DNA of 64,000 nt from Clostridia bacterium (lineage in GTDB: Bacteria > Bacillota > Clostridia > Oscillospirales > CAG-272), in contig JAFTRA010000006.1 of NCBI GenBank assembly GCA_017462485.1, positions 1,275 to 65,274 on the forward strand. Direction: 5' to 3'. The notes below the pieces were generated by a model. It was not told the DNA's origin. It made no database searches and saw only the letters and a program-made list of their open reading frames with translations. The position numbers and the translations under genes are program-made. Positions 1-9,646 of the stretch are shown piece by piece (the stretch's first letter is position 1; every line of letters starts with the position of its first letter).

Positions 1-218
1 TTTGTAAATTCGGCAGAATAAAGAATGCCGTTTTTAAAAGGGCGCACGAGAATTCCTTCTGCCGCATTCTCTGCGGAAAGGGCGTCTCTGCCAACAGAAA
101 TGATGCGACGGGTATTTTTATCAATTATAGCAATAGAAGGCTCGCGGCCTACCTCAAGCGAGGCATCACTTACAGTGATATTGGCATATCCGAGGTCAAG
201 ACCAATTTTTGTTACCAT
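1..218 (-). CDS. MreB/Mbl-like actin-fold protein, N-terminal part only; the gene runs off the window start
   Basis: The minus-strand translation from the ATG at 218 reads MVTKIGLDLGYANITVSDASLEVGREPSIAIIDKNTRRIISVGRDALSAENAAEGILVRPFKNGILYSAEFT. This resembles the MreB N-terminus (IGIDLGTANT...EPS..A......AVG..A....P.....RPmkdGvI). An AAGGAAG RBS lies 7-8 nt upstream. The plus-strand ORF at 25..234 is treated as a shadow of this gene. Confidence 0.5.
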   Translation of the reverse strand, partial: MVTKIGLDLGYANITVSDASLEVGREPSIAIIDKNTRRIISVGRDALSAENAAEGILVRPFKNGILYSAEFT

Positions 219-360
219 ATCGCTTCCTTTCTGAAAATTGAAATTCTCTGCTTCTTATATTATAGAATATTTTTTATCAAATTTCAAGCATATTTATAAA
301 AAATTATACTTTTTTCGTGTAATACCCGCACGTCATCATAATTGAGCAGAAAAAAAGGAA

Positions 361-2589
361 TTACGCTCGTTCAAAATACTCTTTGATTCTCTCTTTGAGG
401 GTAGTATATCTCAAAATCTCGCTTTTGTTTTCAACCATTTTCATAACCATATCGGCTCGCCCTACCATAATAACCATTTTTTTCGCTCTGGTTACCGCTG
501 TATAGAGCAGATTTCTCGTCATAAGCATAGGCGGGCAGGAATACATAGGAATTATGACGACGGGATATTCACTTCCCTGACTCTTATGCACCGTTATTGC
601 ATAAGCCAGCTCAAGCTCGTCGAGTAGGTCAAATCCGTATTTTGCCAGCCTATCGTCAAATCTTATCTCCATAACAGAGTTTTCAAAGCTTATGGACTCT
701 ATCGTTCCGATATCACCGTTGAATATGCCCATTCCCTCGGAGTAGCCCTTGGTCCACTCTATTTCATAGTTGTTCACCGTCTGCATAACTCGGTCTCCAA
801 CTCTGAAAAGCGTTCCGTGAGCCGATTTTTCCGCCTTATTTCGCGCGGGAGGATTCATCTTTGACTGCAACTCGGTATTCAAGGCTTCAACGCCGCCAAA
901 GCCTTTTTTCGAGGGCGTAATAACCTGAATGGAATCCTTTATCGCTTTTCCGTAGCTTTTCGGTAATCTTTCGGTTATCAATGAAGCAACGGTAGAAGGA
1001 ATATCCCTCTCAAATCCTCTTGATACAAAGAAGAAGTCTCCGCCGACCGAAGCAAGATTCGGCTTTTCGCCGTTGTTTATCTTATGCGCATTCGTTATTA
1101 TAAGGCTTTCCTTTGACTGACGGAAAATTTCCGTAAGGCATACAGTTCTTATTGCCCCGCTGCCTATAAGGTCGGTAAGCACGTTTCCTGCGCCCACGCT
1201 CGGGAGCTGATTGGCGTCTCCTATGAGAATAAGTCTTGAGCCACGTTTTAAAGCCCTCACAAGCGCCTGCATAAGATTTATATCTATCATAGAAGCTTCA
1301 TCTACGATACACACGTTTTCATCAAGCGGATTGACCGCATTTCTGCCGAATCGCATTTCAAGGTCGTTTCCCTTTTCCATCTCAAGCATACGGTGAATGG
1401 TTTTCGCCTCTTCGCTCGTAGCCTCGCTCATACGCTTTGCCGCCCTACCCGTAGGAGCGGCCAGAACAACCTTTTGACCGAGTCCCGTAAATATTGAAAT
1501 AAGAGCCTTTACTATCGTGGTTTTTCCCGTTCCGGGTCCGCCCGTTATAATCATTACGCCGCCAACGAGGGCTTCGTAAATCGCCCTTTTCTGAAGCCTT
1601 TCGTACGTAATGCCTATTCTTGCTTCAAGATTCTCTATAATTGATTCTATATCGCCAACAGAAAACTTTGCCGCACGGCTATCCATATGGATAAGACGCT
1701 TTGCTAGATAATCCTCCATTGTTGCCGTATCAGAGGTCATAACGTATTTATCGTCGGCTATGGAATACTCGGAAAACTCATCAAGCTTTATAAACCTTTC
1801 GAGCTTTTGCCGAACCGCCTCGGAGCTTATACCGAGAGTCTCGGTTGCCGCAGCTATAAGCTTATCCTTTGGCAAGCAGGTGTGTCCATTAGCAAGAGCA
1901 TTGTAATTCAGCACGTACTCTATTCCGCTTCTGACTCTGTAACTGCAATCGGGCTCAAATCCGAGAGACATAGCAATATTGTCCGCCTGGGTGAAGGATA
2001 TTCCTCCCTCTCCCTCGCAAAGCACGTATGGGTTTCTCATTATGATTCCGACCGCACCCGAGCCGAGACGCTTATATATTTTCGTGGCTTCGGGGATAGT
2101 CATATAATCCTTACAAAACATAACGACGTCACGAAGACCGTTTTGCTCAAGGAACGATTCGGAAATGGCAGCCGCCTTTTTCATAGTGATTCCCGGGATA
2201 TCGGCAAGCCATTCGGGATGCGTTTCTATTACCTCAAAGGTATCCTCTCCAAAGCGCTCTACTATTTTTTTTGCTGTTGCGGGGCCTACGCCCTTGACGG
2301 TGCGTGAAGAAAGATACTGTAATATCCCCTCGGTTTCCTTTGGAAGCGTTTTTTCAAAGGATTCTATAACGAACTGCTTTCCGAATTCCTTATGGTATCC
2401 CCACTTTCCCGTAAGAACTACGCACTCCCCCTCAAACGGAATAGGCATAGTACCTACTGCGGTTATAAGCAAATTGTTTTCAAGCGAGACCTCAAGCACC
2501 GCGTAGTCGTTCGATTCATTGTAATAAACCACGTTCTCGATAGTGCCTTTTATAACTTCATTTTCACCTTTTGCACCTACGTCTGCCAT
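361..2589 (-). CDS. recD2: RecD2-type SF1 ATP-dependent DNA helicase
   Basis: Walker A is GGPGTGKTT, Walker B is CIVDEASMID, and late helicase motifs include AITVHKSQGSEY. There is an N-terminal OB/HhH-like region. The start was moved to the internal ATG at 2589, which has an AAGGAG RBS 7 nt upstream. Confidence 0.85.
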   Translation of the reverse strand: MADVGAKGENEVIKGTIENVVYYNESNDYAVLEVSLENNLLITAVGTMPIPFEGECVVLTGKWGYHKEFGKQFVIESFEKTLPKETEGILQYLSSRTVKGVGPATAKKIVERFGEDTFEVIETHPEWLADIPGITMKKAAAISESFLEQNGLRDVVMFCKDYMTIPEATKIYKRLGSGAVGIIMRNPYVLCEGEGGISFTQADNIAMSLGFEPDCSYRVRSGIEYVLNYNALANGHTCLPKDKLIAAATETLGISSEAVRQKLERFIKLDEFSEYSIADDKYVMTSDTATMEDYLAKRLIHMDSRAAKFSVGDIESIIENLEARIGITYERLQKRAIYEALVGGVMIITGGPGTGKTTIVKALISIFTGLGQKVVLAAPTGRAAKRMSEATSEEAKTIHRMLEMEKGNDLEMRFGRNAVNPLDENVCIVDEASMIDINLMQALVRALKRGSRLILIGDANQLPSVGAGNVLTDLIGSGAIRTVCLTEIFRQSKESLIITNAHKINNGEKPNLASVGGDFFFVSRGFERDIPSTVASLITERLPKSYGKAIKDSIQVITPSKKGFGGVEALNTELQSKMNPPARNKAEKSAHGTLFRVGDRVMQTVNNYEIEWTKGYSEGMGIFNGDIGTIESISFENSVMEIRFDDRLAKYGFDLLDELELAYAITVHKSQGSEYPVVIIPMYSCPPMLMTRNLLYTAVTRAKKMVIMVGRADMVMKMVENKSEILRYTTLKERIKEYFERA

Positions 2590-2665
2590 ATCGGTCTCCT
2601 TTCCCACTTGTGAAAGCATCACAAGTCATAGTTAATTTAAAATTTAAAGCCGTAATTTTTCAAAA

Positions 2666-2696
2666 GGAGGCTGAGTCTGATAATGACTCGGCCTCC
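2666..2696 (-). terminator. Intrinsic terminator downstream of metK
   Basis: The hairpin is GGAGGCCGAGTC-loop-GACTCAGCCTCC, followed on the minus strand by TTTTG. Confidence 0.6.
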
Positions 2697-2706
2697 ACGT
2701 GTTCTA

Positions 2707-3897
2707 TCAAAGGCAAAGCTCGCGAAGCTTATCAGCTATATCGCACTCTTCCCATTTAACTCCAAGATCCTCTCTGCCCATATGACCGTAAGCCGCAAGC
2801 TCCTTGTAAATAGGGCGGCGAAGGTCAAACTTGTTAATTATAGCAGCGGGACGGAGGTCAACAAGCTTTGATACCGCCTCGGAAATCTTCTCTTCGGAGC
2901 ATACTGCCGTGCCGAAGGTTTCTATCATAACGGAAACGGGCTTTGCTACGCCGATAGCATAGGCTATCTGAACCTCGCACTTGGTTGCAAGCCCTGCTTT
3001 AACTACATTCTTCGCAACGTATCTTGCCGCGTACGAAGCGCTTCTGTCAACCTTCGTGGGATCCTTACCGGAGAACGCTCCGCCGCCGTGACGGGAATAT
3101 CCGCCGTATGTATCAACTATGATTTTTCTGCCTGTCAGTCCGGTGTCACCCGCAGGACCGCCGATTACGAATCTGCCGGTGGGGTTAACGAAAATATTTA
3201 CCTTTCCATCAAGAAGCTCGGTAGGAACTACGGGGAGAATAACCTTATCGATTATATCCTTACGTATCTTGTCATTGTCAATCTCTTCGCTATGCTGCGA
3301 TGAGACTACTATGGTATCGACTCTCGTAGGCTTTCCGTCAACGTATTCAACGGTAACCTGCGTTTTTCCGTCGGGACGGAGATATGAGAGAGTTCCGTTC
3401 TTTCTTACTTCGGTAAGCTTCTTCGCAAGCTTATGAGCAAGAGAAATAGGAAGAGGCATAAGCTCGGGGGTTTCGTCGCAAGCGTAACCGAACATAAGGC
3501 CCTGGTCACCCGCGCCCGTATCGAGCTCGTCTGTCATCTCACCGTCCTTGGCTTCTCTGCACTTATCAACACCCATAGCGATATCGGGGCTCTGCGCGTG
3601 AATAGAGCTGAGGACAGCGCAGGTAGTTGCGTCAAAGCCGTATTTTGCTCTCGTGTATCCGATTTCGGTTACGGTATCACGAACTATTTTTTGAATATCA
3701 ACGGTTGCGTTAGTGGTTATTTCACCCATAACGTTTACAATACCCGTAGTTGCAAACGTCTCGCAAGCAACTCGGCTCATAGGGTCCTGACGAAGCATTT
3801 CGTCAAGGATAGCGTCCGATATCTTGTCGCATATCTTATCGGGGTGACCTTCGGTTACCGACTCGGACGTAAACAATACTTTTTTCTGTTCTGTCAT
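2707..3897 (-). CDS. metK: S-adenosylmethionine synthetase
   Basis: Motifs [20 protein letters not shown] and GGGAFSGKD are present. At 396 aa the length is typical. Confidence 0.97.
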   Translation of the reverse strand: MTEQKKVLFTSESVTEGHPDKICDKISDAILDEMLRQDPMSRVACETFATTGIVNVMGEITTNATVDIQKIVRDTVTEIGYTRAKYGFDATTCAVLSSIHAQSPDIAMGVDKCREAKDGEMTDELDTGAGDQGLMFGYACDETPELMPLPISLAHKLAKKLTEVRKNGTLSYLRPDGKTQVTVEYVDGKPTRVDTIVVSSQHSEEIDNDKIRKDIIDKVILPVVPTELLDGKVNIFVNPTGRFVIGGPAGDTGLTGRKIIVDTYGGYSRHGGGAFSGKDPTKVDRSASYAARYVAKNVVKAGLATKCEVQIAYAIGVAKPVSVMIETFGTAVCSEEKISEAVSKLVDLRPAAIINKFDLRRPIYKELAAYGHMGREDLGVKWEECDIADKLRELCL

Positions 3898-3924
3898 TTT
3901 ATAATCCTTTCGCTTATCAAAAGA

Positions 3925-4048
3925 AAAACCTCGGAGAGCGCCAACCGTTCCCGAGATCCAAACCTACTCATCTTCAGGAATTGGCACCTTATATACACAG
4001 GTTGCCGGGCTTCACAGGGCCAGTCCCTCCACCGCTCTTGATAAGGCT
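3925..4048 (-). promoter_or_regulatory. SAM-I (S-box) riboswitch with terminator expression platform
   Basis: The minus strand reads CCTTATCAAGAGCGGTGGAGGGACTGGCCCTGTGAAGCCCGGCAACC...GGTGCCAATTCCTGAAGATGAG. This matches the conserved S-box core: P1 CUUAUC/GAUGAG, GGAGGGACUGGCCC, GCAACC and GUGCCAAUUCC. It is followed by hairpin ATCTCGG...CCGAGGT plus a T-run, directly upstream of metK. Confidence 0.85.
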
Positions 4049-4162
4049 ATTTAATTTAACGATAATATTTTAACACATAATACGACAAAAATCAATAGAT
4101 TTGGAACAAAAATATTTGCCGTTTTTTAGCATCACGGCATTACGGGCAAATTCCGATTTGCG

Positions 4163-4191
4163 TTGACATTTAATATTCCGTATGATATAAT
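4163..4191 (+). promoter_or_regulatory. Sigma-A type promoter for the 4228 ORF
   Basis: TTGACA, a 17-nt spacer, then TATAAT. Confidence 0.5.
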
Positions 4192-4227
4192 GAGAACGAA
4201 AAACGAATTATGGATTGGAGGTAGGAT

Positions 4228-5466
4228 ATGTTCAGCGACTACGAATCGAGAAATTCAAAGCTTTTTTACTGCGCTAAGGGTTTTCTCATATTTCTCGCGT
4301 TCTTTGCAATTTCAAGGCTGACGTCTCTTATCACCATGCTGCAAGCCTTGCCCGTAAGAGAAGACCCTTCTCCCATATACGGAGCTCTACCGACTTTTGT
4401 AGTGTATCTTGTTTCTTTTGCTGCAGCAATTTTTATCTTCAATTCGGTATCGCTTGCCTTTGCCGTTTTTGATAAAGACGAGCTTCATAATTTTCTTATG
4501 CGAGAGGAAAAAGAAATTCATTTTTTCCGAGAAGTATCTGATATTCTTAAGACTCCTCACTTGCTTTTTGAAATCATAACCTCACTCGTTTGCTGCGCCA
4601 TAGCAGCGCTTTTGGGCGGTTTTTATGAGGTGGGCGGAATATTTTTCGAGAGCGCACACCGTTCGGGTTGGTTTCCGACGGTTATAATGCTTCCCCTATG
4701 CTTTATTCCCGCCGTTCTTTCAAAATACGAGGCAAGGCGCTACTGGTACAAACTTGAGAGAGAAAACACGCTTGATAAGGTCACAAAGCCTATAAGATTC
4801 TTCTTGAGACTTTCCCTGATATTTGTTCTGTACCCCACACTGTTCCCGCTTTCTCCGCTGCTCGCAGGAGCGATATACAGCATTTTCGCAATAATATTCA
4901 CTCTGTTTGGCGCTTTAACGGTTGTGGGGATCGTGGTAATTCTTGCGCTTATACCTATACTGTTCTTCGTTATTCCCTATCTTCGCTTTATAAAGAGAAG
5001 AAAGCGCTTCTTCAAAAAAATGAACAAAATTGCTATGAGCGAGGGATACGACGTAAGAGACGTAAAAAATCAGTACAACTACTTTATGAATTCTGGAAAG
5101 TGCTGCACTTTCGACTTAGCTCTTGAAGAAACCACCTATAACTGCCTGGTAATAAGCACGTCAAAAAGAAGCGTACCTCTTATATTTACTTCTCCGACAA
5201 GTGCTTATTTTGAACACAAGCTCGGAACAGACGATCATCATATATCGGTAAATCGAAATATAGATTTCTTTCTTCACGGAGACGGTATTAAAATCATAGT
5301 AGTATTACCGAGCCCGAAGCACGTTTACGTTACTGACGGAATAAAACGAAAAAGAATCTCTCAGGCGGATAAAATATGGGATTATACCGTTCACGATGAC
5401 GTATCCTTCCTTGGAGCTATGGACCGAAAATCGCTTCACCGAAACACCTACGGAGAATATCATTAA
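4228..5466 (+). CDS. Polytopic membrane protein with a C-terminal soluble domain, function unknown
   Basis: The ORF is 412 aa and has a GGAGG RBS. The N-terminal ~250 aa form several long hydrophobic segments, followed by a KRRKRFFKK stop-transfer motif. The C-terminal ~150 aa are soluble. I do not recognise a family. Confidence 0.6.
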   Translation: MFSDYESRNSKLFYCAKGFLIFLAFFAISRLTSLITMLQALPVREDPSPIYGALPTFVVYLVSFAAAIFIFNSVSLAFAVFDKDELHNFLMREEKEIHFFREVSDILKTPHLLFEIITSLVCCAIAALLGGFYEVGGIFFESAHRSGWFPTVIMLPLCFIPAVLSKYEARRYWYKLERENTLDKVTKPIRFFLRLSLIFVLYPTLFPLSPLLAGAIYSIFAIIFTLFGALTVVGIVVILALIPILFFVIPYLRFIKRRKRFFKKMNKIAMSEGYDVRDVKNQYNYFMNSGKCCTFDLALEETTYNCLVISTSKRSVPLIFTSPTSAYFEHKLGTDDHHISVNRNIDFFLHGDGIKIIVVLPSPKHVYVTDGIKRKRISQADKIWDYTVHDDVSFLGAMDRKSLHRNTYGEYH

Positions 5467-5480
5467 ATCCAAAAAAATTA

Positions 5481-5915
5481 TAGCCACCGGATAGCGTGAT
5501 ACTCTTAGCGGAGTATCACGCAGCTATATAAATCCCGTGCGGGATTTGCGATATACGCTCACGCGTGCGATATATCTTCGATGCGATATGCCCTGCGGGG
5601 CGTGAGGGGATTTATATCATATCGCGCTGAGCGGCTGGGGTTCCCCGAAACGAGCAAGGCGAGTTTTGGGGTTCGCAGCATAGCGAGGTTATATCGCATT
5701 CGCAAAGCGAATATATATTTCACAAGTGAATATATCGCCTGACAGAAAAAAGAGAGGACATTTCGGCTACGAACCGATTCGTTCTCTCTTTCTGTCGTTA
5801 TTAAGGGTTTGGGATTAGCCCATAATGCGTTTGTCCAGACAAATGCGATGCTCGCACTTAGTAGTGTTTTTTCAAATTCTCCGCTAAAAACCTCACCCTA
5901 TACTCCGGTGGCTAT
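5481..5915. repeat. Hairpin-dense non-coding element bounded by imperfect inverted repeats
   Basis: ATAGCCACCGGA at 5481-5492 is the perfect reverse complement of TCCGGTGGCTAT at 5904-5915. TTAGCGGAG is also the reverse complement of CTCCGCTAA. Inside there are at least 8 short GC-rich hairpins. The motif GCGATAT occurs three times forward (5548, 5567, 5583) and ATATCGC three times in reverse (5619, 5691, 5732). Confidence 0.5.
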
Positions 5916-5998
5916 TTTCTGTGTCTGTTTTTAAAACCAATGTAAAACGTTGCGTCTTTTAAAACGTATTTGATTTATGTTGATGTTAGCTATCCGAT

Positions 5999-7816
5999 TT
6001 AATAAACCTCAAAATTGAAAATGTGCGCCGTTGAGCTTCCGTAATCCTCTGTTTTCGTTTCACTGTGATACGTGCTCAAAGGAATAAAGCGTACTGCTTT
6101 TGCAACGGTATTCAGCTTATGCTTGACAAAGCGCTGATGATTATCGCTTATTTCAAGAACTCTATTCCATACGCCAAGTTCATCCATTACCTCTATAACG
6201 TAATGCTTAATAAGGCATTTGGGGAATCCAAATGACGTATTATTGTGGCTTTTCGGGAAAAAGAGCACCGACGTTGTATGCAAGCCGTCGGGGTTTCCCT
6301 CGGTATATTCTCTGTCAAGGTCACTGTCAAATACCAATCTGACTCCTTTTACAAGTGTTGGCTTCTCAAAGGAGTAGGTTATGGCTTTATTTGTCTTTCC
6401 AAAGTAACCGTTATCGCAGCCCCATATACGACGGTCTATGCCGTTTAAAAGCGCCGTGCAATCTCCGTAGTCGCAGGTAAGGGTTGCCGCAAGCGATAGC
6501 TCGGAGGGGGTACGGCGGAAGCCGGGTAAGAAGCAATCATCCTCAAGAAGAGCGTCTCTTATCTCTCCTATTTTTTCCCTTGCCGCCTCTCTCGGAAGCA
6601 TACCGTGCTTTACGGCAATAGCCGCTGCCGTACCTGCTGCCTGACCTATCACACCGATAGTTCCCATAACACGAGTCGAGCTGAACGCAACGTGCGAGGC
6701 GCTGATATTTCTTCCCGCAAACATAAGGTTATCAATATTAACCGAATACAATGAGCGAAGCGGGATTGAATAGGGCTCACTGAGTCGGCGCTTCTGCAAA
6801 TGCTTGCCGCCCTTTGCGTCCATATAGAAGCCGCCCGGCAGATGATTATCTATTTGCCAGCCTCCGTAAGCAACGGTATCCTCAAAGCGAGGACATTCTT
6901 CAACGTCACGCTGGGTAAGCACGTAGTCACCGACATATCTGCGGCTCTCGCGCTTGCCGGGGAGAAAGCTCACCCACTCAAGCTCCCAATTTTCAGCTCC
7001 GTGATCACCGTGATTTTTGATATGGTCCCAGACACCGAAGGCGATTTTCAAGAGCTCGTCCTTTATCTCTTCCGTATCGTCAATGGAGTTTTGCATTCCG
7101 CCAAGCTCTATCCAATAGAAATTGGTGTTTATAGCGTAAAGGTCGTGAGGCTTGTTTTTCATAGCGTTGTCATCGGGGAAATCGTATGCCCAAGCGGGAG
7201 GAGTATATTTTACGGGACTGTCTGTTTCTCTGCACTGAATGAGAATACTCATACCCATAGTGTGCGAGTCGGCTTCTTCAAGCCCGAATTCCTCACCGTA
7301 TTCGCTTTTGGCTTCTCTGCCAACCTTGTACTCGGCTCCCGTAAGCGGAGCGAGTATGCTGTCTCCCGAGCTGTCAACAAATATTTTTGCGTTTACCTTA
7401 TGCCACGTATAAGTCGTAAGCTGGAAGCCCTTTACACTACTGATTCTGCCCTCTTCCATCTCGGCATCACAGCAGGCGCAGTTCAAAATAAGCTCAATAT
7501 TCTCCTCAAAACGAACCATTTCGTAAAGCAGCGAATCCCAAATGCTGAAATTTCTTTTCGGATTGCGGTACATATTTTCGAGCTGAAGCTCTTCCATAAT
7601 TCCCGTTTCCTGAAGGTCACGCACACGAGTTCCCGCGCCCGATATCCACATTCTTATCTCACTGCTGGCATTACCTCCCAAAACGGGGCGGTCGTGCATC
7701 AGCACAACCTTTGCTCCGTGCCTTGCCGCAGAAATCGCGGTAAACATACCGCCTATACCGCCGCCAACCACGCATATATCCGCATTATGTACCTTGACTT
7801 TTAAAAGCTCTGACAT
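5999..7816 (-). CDS. FAD-dependent oxidoreductase (large FAD_oxidored-type family)
   Basis: The N-terminal dinucleotide-binding motif is DICVVGGGIGGMFTAISAARHGAKVVLMHDRPVLGGNASSE. The protein is 605 aa. Confidence 0.75.
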   Translation of the reverse strand: MSELLKVKVHNADICVVGGGIGGMFTAISAARHGAKVVLMHDRPVLGGNASSEIRMWISGAGTRVRDLQETGIMEELQLENMYRNPKRNFSIWDSLLYEMVRFEENIELILNCACCDAEMEEGRISSVKGFQLTTYTWHKVNAKIFVDSSGDSILAPLTGAEYKVGREAKSEYGEEFGLEEADSHTMGMSILIQCRETDSPVKYTPPAWAYDFPDDNAMKNKPHDLYAINTNFYWIELGGMQNSIDDTEEIKDELLKIAFGVWDHIKNHGDHGAENWELEWVSFLPGKRESRRYVGDYVLTQRDVEECPRFEDTVAYGGWQIDNHLPGGFYMDAKGGKHLQKRRLSEPYSIPLRSLYSVNIDNLMFAGRNISASHVAFSSTRVMGTIGVIGQAAGTAAAIAVKHGMLPREAAREKIGEIRDALLEDDCFLPGFRRTPSELSLAATLTCDYGDCTALLNGIDRRIWGCDNGYFGKTNKAITYSFEKPTLVKGVRLVFDSDLDREYTEGNPDGLHTTSVLFFPKSHNNTSFGFPKCLIKHYVIEVMDELGVWNRVLEISDNHQRFVKHKLNTVAKAVRFIPLSTYHSETKTEDYGSSTAHIFNFEVY

Positions 7817-7826
7817 TTTACACCTC

Positions 7827-8555
7827 TTAAATTATTCTTTCGTGCATACAGTTAGTCGGAAGATAATCAAGACCCAACCTTTGCATATGCTCTACAACTT
7901 TTACACTGTCTGCCGCGCGTAAGCATATTTTGAGTCCCATACTGCGCGCCGCAATTATCTTGCTCTCGGGACAGGAGAAGGAATCGGGAATATTAAGCGA
8001 ATATCCCGCATTTCCAAGCTCGGCAAGCTCTTCAAGCTTACCCTCTTCCGCAAATATCCAATGAATAAACATTTTATCGGTATAACGGCGGCTTTCCTTG
8101 AGTCCCGAGAATTTTATGGCACTCATAACCACCTCGTCATCGGAAAATCCCGCACCTCTGACCGCGTGAATAACACGCTCGGCATCTGCGATTTTCAGCT
8201 CTATAAACGGTACGCTACCAAACCTCTTGCATATTGCAAGATACTCTGAAAACTTTGGTATTCTTGCCTCTTCGTCCGTAAAGAAATCCGCTCTGTTACC
8301 GTTTATAATGCGCATTTTCTTAATTTCGTCCCAAGTCATATCGGCTATTTTTCCGATACCGTCACAGTACGAATCAACGCTTTCGTTATGACAGCATACG
8401 AGCTCTCCGTCCTTCGTCATTCTGACATCGGTTTCGATTGCCCACTGCCCGAGCATTCCCGCATAAGTGAATGAAGGGAGCGAATTTTCGGGCGCCATAG
8501 GCTGAAATCCGCGATGACTTATGTAGCGTGTTTTAGGAATATCAAATATGCTCAT
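7827..8555 (-). CDS. Glycerophosphodiester phosphodiesterase (GDPD) family protein
   Basis: Contains SHRGF...APENSLPSF, IETDVRMTKDGELVCCHN and FIELK-type motifs. Confidence 0.75.
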   Translation of the reverse strand: MSIFDIPKTRYISHRGFQPMAPENSLPSFTYAGMLGQWAIETDVRMTKDGELVCCHNESVDSYCDGIGKIADMTWDEIKKMRIINGNRADFFTDEEARIPKFSEYLAICKRFGSVPFIELKIADAERVIHAVRGAGFSDDEVVMSAIKFSGLKESRRYTDKMFIHWIFAEEGKLEELAELGNAGYSLNIPDSFSCPESKIIAARSMGLKICLRAADSVKVVEHMQRLGLDYLPTNCMHERII

Positions 8556-8677
8556 AAAAATTCCCCTTGAAATTTTTTGTTTCGTTGTGTATAATAAGTA
8601 TAATCCTCACAAATTGCAAATTCTTACGGATTTGTGACATTTAACTTTTATTTTGTGACACATAGGAGAAAAAACAT

Positions 8678-9589
8678 ATGAAGCTTTTTTCAAACTATTT
8701 ACAAAAACCCGACAATACGTCATCGGAGATAACAAATTGGCAGGATAACTGCATAAACGATTCTCTTCTCTACTCATACCGTGATACGTCATATTCACGA
8801 AAGACTTACCCCTCGAATATGCACTATCACGATTATTATGAGATAATCATTATTGAAGAGGGTGATATAAGCTACGTATGTGAATCCTCGGTATATTTTC
8901 CTACCCCTACGGATATTGTGGTGATACCTCCGAGAAAGCTTCATATGTCAAAAATCAACTCGGATTTTACCCGCTATAAAAGGCACGTTTTTTATCTTTA
9001 TCCCGATGCGTTCGACAACGTTGCAAAGGACACACTCGTAAGCTTTATGACAACGGCGCAAAACGGAGCTCTTTTTAAATTCTCCACTCCCGATGACAAG
9101 GCTGAATGTATGAACCTGCTCGGTAAATTAAAAACAGTGCTTAACAAGAAGCACGGAAGTATAGAAAACGCACTCGGATATGCTTATATAATCGAGCTTT
9201 TCTGCCTGCTCAATCAAAGAAACGTGCGCACGCATAACGAGATTTTTGAGTTGCCGCAAAGTATTCTTGAGATAAAAAGCTACCTTGACGAAAATTTTGC
9301 GGAAATTTCATCAGTCACGGAGATTGCCGAGCATTTTTTCTACAGCCGCGAGTACGTATCCAGACTTTTTAAAAAGCATTTCGACACTACGGTAATAGAC
9401 TATATTCACAAGCGCAGAATATCCGAAAGTCAGAAGCTTATAGCAAACGGCTCATCGGTAATTGACGCCTGCTACAAGGTCGGCTTTGGCTCTCTTTCGA
9501 GCTTTATAAGAGTATTCAAGGAGATTACCGATATGAAACCGTCGGAATACCGTAGCTTGACGTGTGGCAATACCCAAACTCAAAAATAG
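8678..9589 (+). CDS. AraC family transcriptional regulator (cupin plus HTH)
   Basis: The C-terminus is an AraC-type double HTH (EIAEHFFYSREYVSRLFKKHF ... GFGSLSSFIRVFKEITDMKPSEYR). It is divergent from the GDPD/FAD-oxidoreductase pair. Confidence 0.85.
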   Translation: MKLFSNYLQKPDNTSSEITNWQDNCINDSLLYSYRDTSYSRKTYPSNMHYHDYYEIIIIEEGDISYVCESSVYFPTPTDIVVIPPRKLHMSKINSDFTRYKRHVFYLYPDAFDNVAKDTLVSFMTTAQNGALFKFSTPDDKAECMNLLGKLKTVLNKKHGSIENALGYAYIIELFCLLNQRNVRTHNEIFELPQSILEIKSYLDENFAEISSVTEIAEHFFYSREYVSRLFKKHFDTTVIDYIHKRRISESQKLIANGSSVIDACYKVGFGSLSSFIRVFKEITDMKPSEYRSLTCGNTQTQK

Positions 9590-9593
9590 AAGA

Positions 9594-9625
9594 AAGGGCT
9601 TCCCTCACTTTTGGGAAGCCCTTTG
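9594..9625. terminator. Bidirectional intrinsic terminator between convergent genes
   Basis: The hairpin is AAAGGGCTTCCC-loop-GGGAAGCCCTTT, flanked by A and T runs. Confidence 0.6.
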
Positions 9626-9646
9626 TATTTTGAATGAAACGTTGTT

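Noticed and set aside
25-234. A 69-aa plus-strand ORF at the window start.
   Set aside because: The opposite strand encodes a convincing MreB-like N-terminus with an RBS. The plus-strand ORF is a shadow frame.
5305-5487. A 60-aa minus-strand ORF overlapping the end of the membrane-protein gene.
   Set aside because: It is an antisense shadow ORF with no RBS.
6800-7804. A long antisense ORF (334 aa) inside the FAD-oxidoreductase gene. Similar long antisense ORFs occur at 10061-10900, 31875-32528, 47818-48513, 60854-62011, 42550-43167, 39413-40033 and 12809-13384.
   Set aside because: All lie fully inside well-supported genes on the other strand. They have no RBS or recognisable motifs and have low-complexity or odd composition. 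They are typical shadow ORFs.
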